A stretch of 64,000 nt of DNA from a virus (taxonomy: Duplodnaviria; Heunggongvirae; Uroviricota; Caudoviricetes): the IMG/VR virus record IMGVR_UViG_3300035182_000695, positions 26,755 to 90,754 of that record; one strand, given 5' to 3'. Shown here piece by piece: positions 59,842-64,000 of the stretch. The notes under the pieces were generated by a model. The model worked only from the letters and a program-made list of their open reading frames with translations, was not told where the DNA came from and did not search any database. The translations under genes were made by a program, and so were the position numbers. Each line of letters starts with the position of its first letter. Position 1 is the first letter of the stretch.

Positions 59842-61737
59842 TTATGGTGCTATTAAAACTAAATTATATCTCATTCTCATTGTTCCGCTAACTTCATATT
59901 CTATAAAATCACTTCCGCTAGACCTCCCTACAAGTGTATTCAAGCTACTCGGCGCATCACAAAGTAAATCTGCCGGCACGGCTGCTGAATATACGGTATG
60001 TTGAAATCCAACGCTAAACGTATCGTTTGGTATAAATCTAGTTATGTGATTATTTGATATGTTAATTATTTTTTTTATAACTAATCCTGTGCAATTAATC
60101 AATTTCACTAAACCAAAGAAGTTAGTTCCTAAAGGCGGAATGGTTAATGTAAGGGTTGGTAAATCATATATTGCAGGGTCTGAGCAATCTAATGTAGTCA
60201 ACCAATTACTGAATCCTTTTCTTATTTTTGAATTCACTTGACTTATTGTTAGAATTCCCAAATCAACTGTATTTTCATCAGACACTTCGCATCCAGTTAT
60301 GTCAACGCCAATAGTTGTTGAAGTAACATTTAATACGCCTTGATTTGATAGATTATTTTTCAAAACAAGTCCATCAATTGAACCGAGACTCATTTGACCT
60401 CTTGATTCTAAATTACAAGAATCTACTGTTCCTGAAAGTGTGTTTATTTTTATAATTGAGCCGTTAGTAACTCTATTATTTCTAAGCTCACCGCCTACTA
60501 CAATACTTGGCGCATTAATTTCACTAGGAAACGCATCTGATGTTTGGGCGATATAATTTTTATTAGCTTTGCCTTTCATCTCTCCTAATATTAACCTTGC
60601 GCTCGACTCAAGAATATTATTTCTTACTTCGCCGGCATCTTTTTCGCTAGTCGCATCTGTCATAACAGAGCCAGAGGTTAATGAGTTGTTTGAAAAAGTT
60701 GCATAGCTATTTGTGCAAATCATAAATGAGCCTGCTAAAACTTTGTTTCCATAACAATTTGAATCTCTACCCCATTGAAACATTAATAATGAATTATTTG
60801 GTCCGCTAACAGTTAAATCAACTTCGTTTTCAAGATTGTCAGCTCTGTAAACAACATAATTTAACTTAACATTATATTTTATAACATCTACTGCTGCTAT
60901 GTAGCCCGTTGTTGTACTTTTAGCTAACACAACCCAATTCACTAAATCTGTATCAGGCGCAGTTCCCCAAACGCCAGTTAAATTTTTATAGTTGAAATTA
61001 TTCCAAACAACACAATCTCCAATCGCAACCGGCTTAGCTAATATACTCCACAAACCTAAAGCGACCCCGAAACCAGGAACGCCTGAATAATTTCCAACTT
61101 TTAAATAATCTGCATTCAAGAAGAATCCATATCCTCCAACAGTAACAGTATTAGAACTAGCGCCTTGAACAACAACGCCAACATCTGAAAATTGAGCGTC
61201 TGTTACTAAATAATTTTGACTTACAACTACTGTATTGGCTGCAATTAAAGCAATTAGCTGAGCGTTAGTTACACTTAGTAATCCTCCAATATTAACAATC
61301 GTTTGACCTACGCCATTAGATGCAACTACTGCACCAATAAAATTAAGTATAGGTTGATTCGGTAAATTAACACCTTGATTCGCTATAATGTGTCCGCTTG
61401 TTGTTGATGCTGAGTAATTGAAAGAGCCTAAATAATTAGCGTTATCCATTACTGTAATTTCGGCGCAACCGCCGTTAACTGCAATAATAGTTGATGCCGC
61501 CCCATTTATAGTTTGACTTACTCCTGCATTTATAGTAATGTTGTTTACTGATGCGTTGTTTGATTTATCAACGATGTAAAGTTTCCAAAGTGTATTCCAG
61601 TAATTAGCAGGAATAGCAGATAAATTAATGACAACAGGACCCAACGTCGTATCGCACTCAAGAGTAACGTCGTCATTTCTTAAAATAACAACACCGCTAA
61701 CGGTTCTTATATTATTGGGGTATTTTGTTGAAAACAT
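59842..61737 (-). CDS. large tail fibre/tailspike-like protein with the shared N-terminal module
   Basis: 631 aa; N-terminus ...VTLECDTTLGPVVINLSAIP...NNITINAGV; long N/G/S/T/V-rich body suggests a beta-helix. Confidence 0.55.
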   Translation of the reverse strand: MFSTKYPNNIRTVSGVVILRNDDVTLECDTTLGPVVINLSAIPANYWNTLWKLYIVDKSNNASVNNITINAGVSQTINGAASTIIAVNGGCAEITVMDNANYLGSFNYSASTTSGHIIANQGVNLPNQPILNFIGAVVASNGVGQTIVNIGGLLSVTNAQLIALIAANTVVVSQNYLVTDAQFSDVGVVVQGASSNTVTVGGYGFFLNADYLKVGNYSGVPGFGVALGLWSILAKPVAIGDCVVWNNFNYKNLTGVWGTAPDTDLVNWVVLAKSTTTGYIAAVDVIKYNVKLNYVVYRADNLENEVDLTVSGPNNSLLMFQWGRDSNCYGNKVLAGSFMICTNSYATFSNNSLTSGSVMTDATSEKDAGEVRNNILESSARLILGEMKGKANKNYIAQTSDAFPSEINAPSIVVGGELRNNRVTNGSIIKINTLSGTVDSCNLESRGQMSLGSIDGLVLKNNLSNQGVLNVTSTTIGVDITGCEVSDENTVDLGILTISQVNSKIRKGFSNWLTTLDCSDPAIYDLPTLTLTIPPLGTNFFGLVKLINCTGLVIKKIINISNNHITRFIPNDTFSVGFQHTVYSAAVPADLLCDAPSSLNTLVGRSSGSDFIEYEVSGTMRMRYNLVLIAP

Positions 61738-61758
61738 CTTTTATATTTTTATTTATTC

Positions 61759-62775
61759 TTAAAGTAACTTTTTGCTTTTTCTAGCTTCATCATAAAACAC
61801 TCTTTTCAATGAAACTTGTTTATAGAAGAAGCACATTGTAACTGTATGATTCGCTAGAACTTTGTATTTCATAATATCCATTCCGTCAGGAATAAATGCT
61901 CGGTTCAACGTCTTCATAATATCAAAATTAACGATGTCGCCAAATACTTGCATATTATCTACTTGTAAACCTAAATTCAAAGGGTCTATTTTAACAACGC
62001 CGTCAACTCGCTTGTTTTGAACAGATAGTGGTATCGCTTGCTGTCCTATCATATTTGGTCCTGAGAAAACAAATCTTGCATTTACAATTAACATTGGATT
62101 TGCAAGTAAATTGAAAAGAACGTCTGAGTAACTGACAGCGCCACCAGCAACTTGAATTTTATCATTTAAGTTCTGACTTGTTGATTGTAAATAATCAAGC
62201 GGCATTGACGGGTTAAACAACTCAAAATTAAAATCAATTGCAGAATCGTTATTGAAAATCAAAACTAATTCTTTTAATTTTTTTCCTTTGTAGTAACCTG
62301 TATTACGAATTGATTCTTCTGAATCTCCTTTGCTTAAAATAAATTTACTAACACCTTCAACGATTACATTTTTATCTCTAGGTACAATTACTTTACTTAA
62401 TTTTTTTTCGTTGCTACCGATAACATCAGCTCTTCTCTTTACATAAAATTCTTGAGATAGAGGTTTATTTTGTCTTACATTTTTTTTGTGCGATAATTTA
62501 CTAACTAAGATTTTTTTATTATGTGATTTTTTCTTTTTATTAGCCGCAACTTTTTTGTTTAAGCTAGAAAAAGAATGTTTAAAACTTTTGCCTTTAAACT
62601 CACTAAAATCAACATCAGAGAACGTGTCATCAGATAATTCAAAATCAGCGACACCTTTATCACTAACTAATGAATCTTCACTAATATCGTTTTCATCCTC
62701 AAACTGAGCGCCATTAGAACGTCTAATGTTTTTCTCAATTTCGTCGTAGTCTATGTCGTTATTTTTATAAATCAT
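61759..62775 (-). CDS. hypothetical structural-module protein
   Basis: 338-aa ORF. Confidence 0.5.
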   Translation of the reverse strand: MIYKNNDIDYDEIEKNIRRSNGAQFEDENDISEDSLVSDKGVADFELSDDTFSDVDFSEFKGKSFKHSFSSLNKKVAANKKKKSHNKKILVSKLSHKKNVRQNKPLSQEFYVKRRADVIGSNEKKLSKVIVPRDKNVIVEGVSKFILSKGDSEESIRNTGYYKGKKLKELVLIFNNDSAIDFNFELFNPSMPLDYLQSTSQNLNDKIQVAGGAVSYSDVLFNLLANPMLIVNARFVFSGPNMIGQQAIPLSVQNKRVDGVVKIDPLNLGLQVDNMQVFGDIVNFDIMKTLNRAFIPDGMDIMKYKVLANHTVTMCFFYKQVSLKRVFYDEARKSKKLL

Positions 62776-62781
62776 TTTAAA

Positions 62782-63579
62782 TTACTTTTCGTAATGAGTT
62801 AATTTTGCGAACTCTTGATTTTCAAACTTCTTAATGTAGTCATTTATTTTTCTCATTCTAGCAATGTTTCCTGGCGTTTGCGCTTTAAGAAACACTTTTG
62901 CAAAAACACAAATAGCATCAATTTTTGAAAACCCTAATCCGAGATAAATATACAAACCATTTATGTCTGCACCAAATTCATTTGATATTTCCAACCCGAT
63001 TTTTGGGTTTTTAAATTTATGGCTAAACTCGTGTAACAAAATCATTACACGCATAGGAATTGTGTACGGGTCAAACTTCATCTTAGAAGCTTCGATAGCA
63101 CCGGTTCTATGTCCTATTCTAGCAGGCGTACTCATAGGCTTGCCTGTCATTACATCACGAATAATGTCAAAGTATTTTATACTGTACTTTTTATCGCTAG
63201 TTTCAAATAACGTGCCGCTAGCTGTTGCAGGTCTGAATCCCGCCACTTGACTAAAATAAATTGCTAAATCTAAAAAATCTCTAACACTTTGGTCTAACCA
63301 AACGTCATATTTTCTTAAATCACCTCTCGTTACAGTTACTTCAAAATCTTTACTGTTCGGTCTTGAAATATCGTTACAACCTATTAACAAAGTTTTAGGA
63401 GAAACAGGGAAACTGAAATAAATTTCTCGCTCGCCTTGAACGATAATATCTCTAACAGCATACTTACTATTTTTTTTACCGTAATCTTCTGCGTAAACAC
63501 GAAAATTTCTTGTTCCATTACATTTTATCTTAATGAACAAACACATTTTATCGTTATTGCTTTCGTATTTTATGAACAT
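62782..63579 (-). CDS. hypothetical structural-module protein
   Basis: 265-aa ORF. Confidence 0.5.
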   Translation of the reverse strand: MFIKYESNNDKMCLFIKIKCNGTRNFRVYAEDYGKKNSKYAVRDIIVQGEREIYFSFPVSPKTLLIGCNDISRPNSKDFEVTVTRGDLRKYDVWLDQSVRDFLDLAIYFSQVAGFRPATASGTLFETSDKKYSIKYFDIIRDVMTGKPMSTPARIGHRTGAIEASKMKFDPYTIPMRVMILLHEFSHKFKNPKIGLEISNEFGADINGLYIYLGLGFSKIDAICVFAKVFLKAQTPGNIARMRKINDYIKKFENQEFAKLTHYEK

Positions 63580-63597
63580 AGTATTAAGCTTAAAATA

Positions 63598-64000
63598 TTA
63601 AGATTTTGCTACTGGAGCTGCTACTTTTTTCTTTCTTGTCGCAAAGTAAATTATAATACCTGCAACTGCTGCGATGCTAACACCGATAACTATTTTTTTA
63701 GTCATTGACATTGGCGGCTTCTCTTCAACTACTGGTGAAGTAGGCGTGTAATCATTATTAACTTGTGTGTTATTTTGATTTGTACCTAATTTATCAGTAA
63801 TTTTTCCTTTAAGGAAATCAGTTATACCTGAACTTTGTCCAAAATTTTTAACTTTACCGCCAAAGCTTTTAAGCTTAGTCCCTTTTGTTTTCGATTTGCC
63901 TTTTCCACTTGCGTAACTCAACATCTCATCTCCATCAAATGGAACATATTTATCTTCATCGGATAAGTGAGTGTTATTGAATAAAACTGGATTTGATGTA
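63598..64000 (-). CDS. C-terminally membrane-anchored basic protein, paralog of 55441..55980; N-terminus beyond the window end
   Basis: The reading frame stays open upstream of the annotated Met to the window edge (...VLFNNTHLSDEDKYVPFDGDEMLSYASGKGKSK), aligning with ...DGDFSYASGKKRKK of 55441..55980. Confidence 0.45.
   Translation of the reverse strand, partial: TSNPVLFNNTHLSDEDKYVPFDGDEMLSYASGKGKSKTKGTKLKSFGGKVKNFGQSSGITDFLKGKITDKLGTNQNNTQVNNDYTPTSPVVEEKPPMSMTKKIVIGVSIAAVAGIIIYFATRKKKVAAPVAKS

Noticed and set aside
41667-63708. Plus-strand track ORFs inside the minus-strand late module: 41667..41861, 43896..44090, 45559..45973 pair, 46430..46618, 46965..47150, 48249..48431, 49717..50325, 50560..50766, 52645..52839, 53936..54130, 54455..54673, 57108..57446, 58689..59015, 59804..60004, 60059..60241, 62486..62707, 62963..63250, 63436..63708
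   Set aside because: All are antisense to longer late genes that have coherent protein features. There is no promoter-repeat or leader upstream, so they are treated as spurious.

Overview
AT-rich, densely coding window that reads as most of a tailed-phage genome, probably a Bacteroidota (Flavobacteriia-type) phage: repeated sigma-A-like promoters with -33 TTTG / -7 TAnnTTTG architecture. Positions ~290-40480 are almost entirely plus-strand early/middle genes, in at least five transcription units each preceded by a copy of a conserved ~85-bp promoter/leader element. Positions ~40470-64000 are minus-strand late genes: tail-fibre-like proteins sharing an N-terminal domain, several peptidoglycan hydrolases, many single-pass membrane proteins and a holin-like protein. 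This module converges head-on with the early module at ~40.47 kb. Recognisable accessory and counter-defence cargo in the early region: (1) a Prs-like / small HAD-like / Nampt-like three-gene operon, probably a NARP1-type NAD+ reconstitution pathway, followed by a CX5R phosphatase and an XRE-type HTH protein; (2) an HD-domain small alarmone hydrolase immediately downstream of an intact IS200/IS605-family TnpB element, with a second TnpB 3' fragment at the window's left edge; (3) an ATP-dependent RNA-ligase-like protein; (4) two paralogous Rieske-type CxH...CxxH proteins; (5) a GT-A glycosyltransferase next to a possible 2OG-Fe(II) oxygenase; (6) a gamma-class N6-adenine methyltransferase; (7) an SPFH/band-7 protein; (8) GIY-YIG and HNH/AP2 homing endonucleases. 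Non-coding highlights: a GC-rich triple 30-bp palindromic tandem repeat at 46810-46911, and a structured GC-containing intergenic element at ~32560-32700. Most remaining ORFs are small hypothetical proteins, several in paralog families. No rRNA, tRNA or CRISPR array was recognised by eye.
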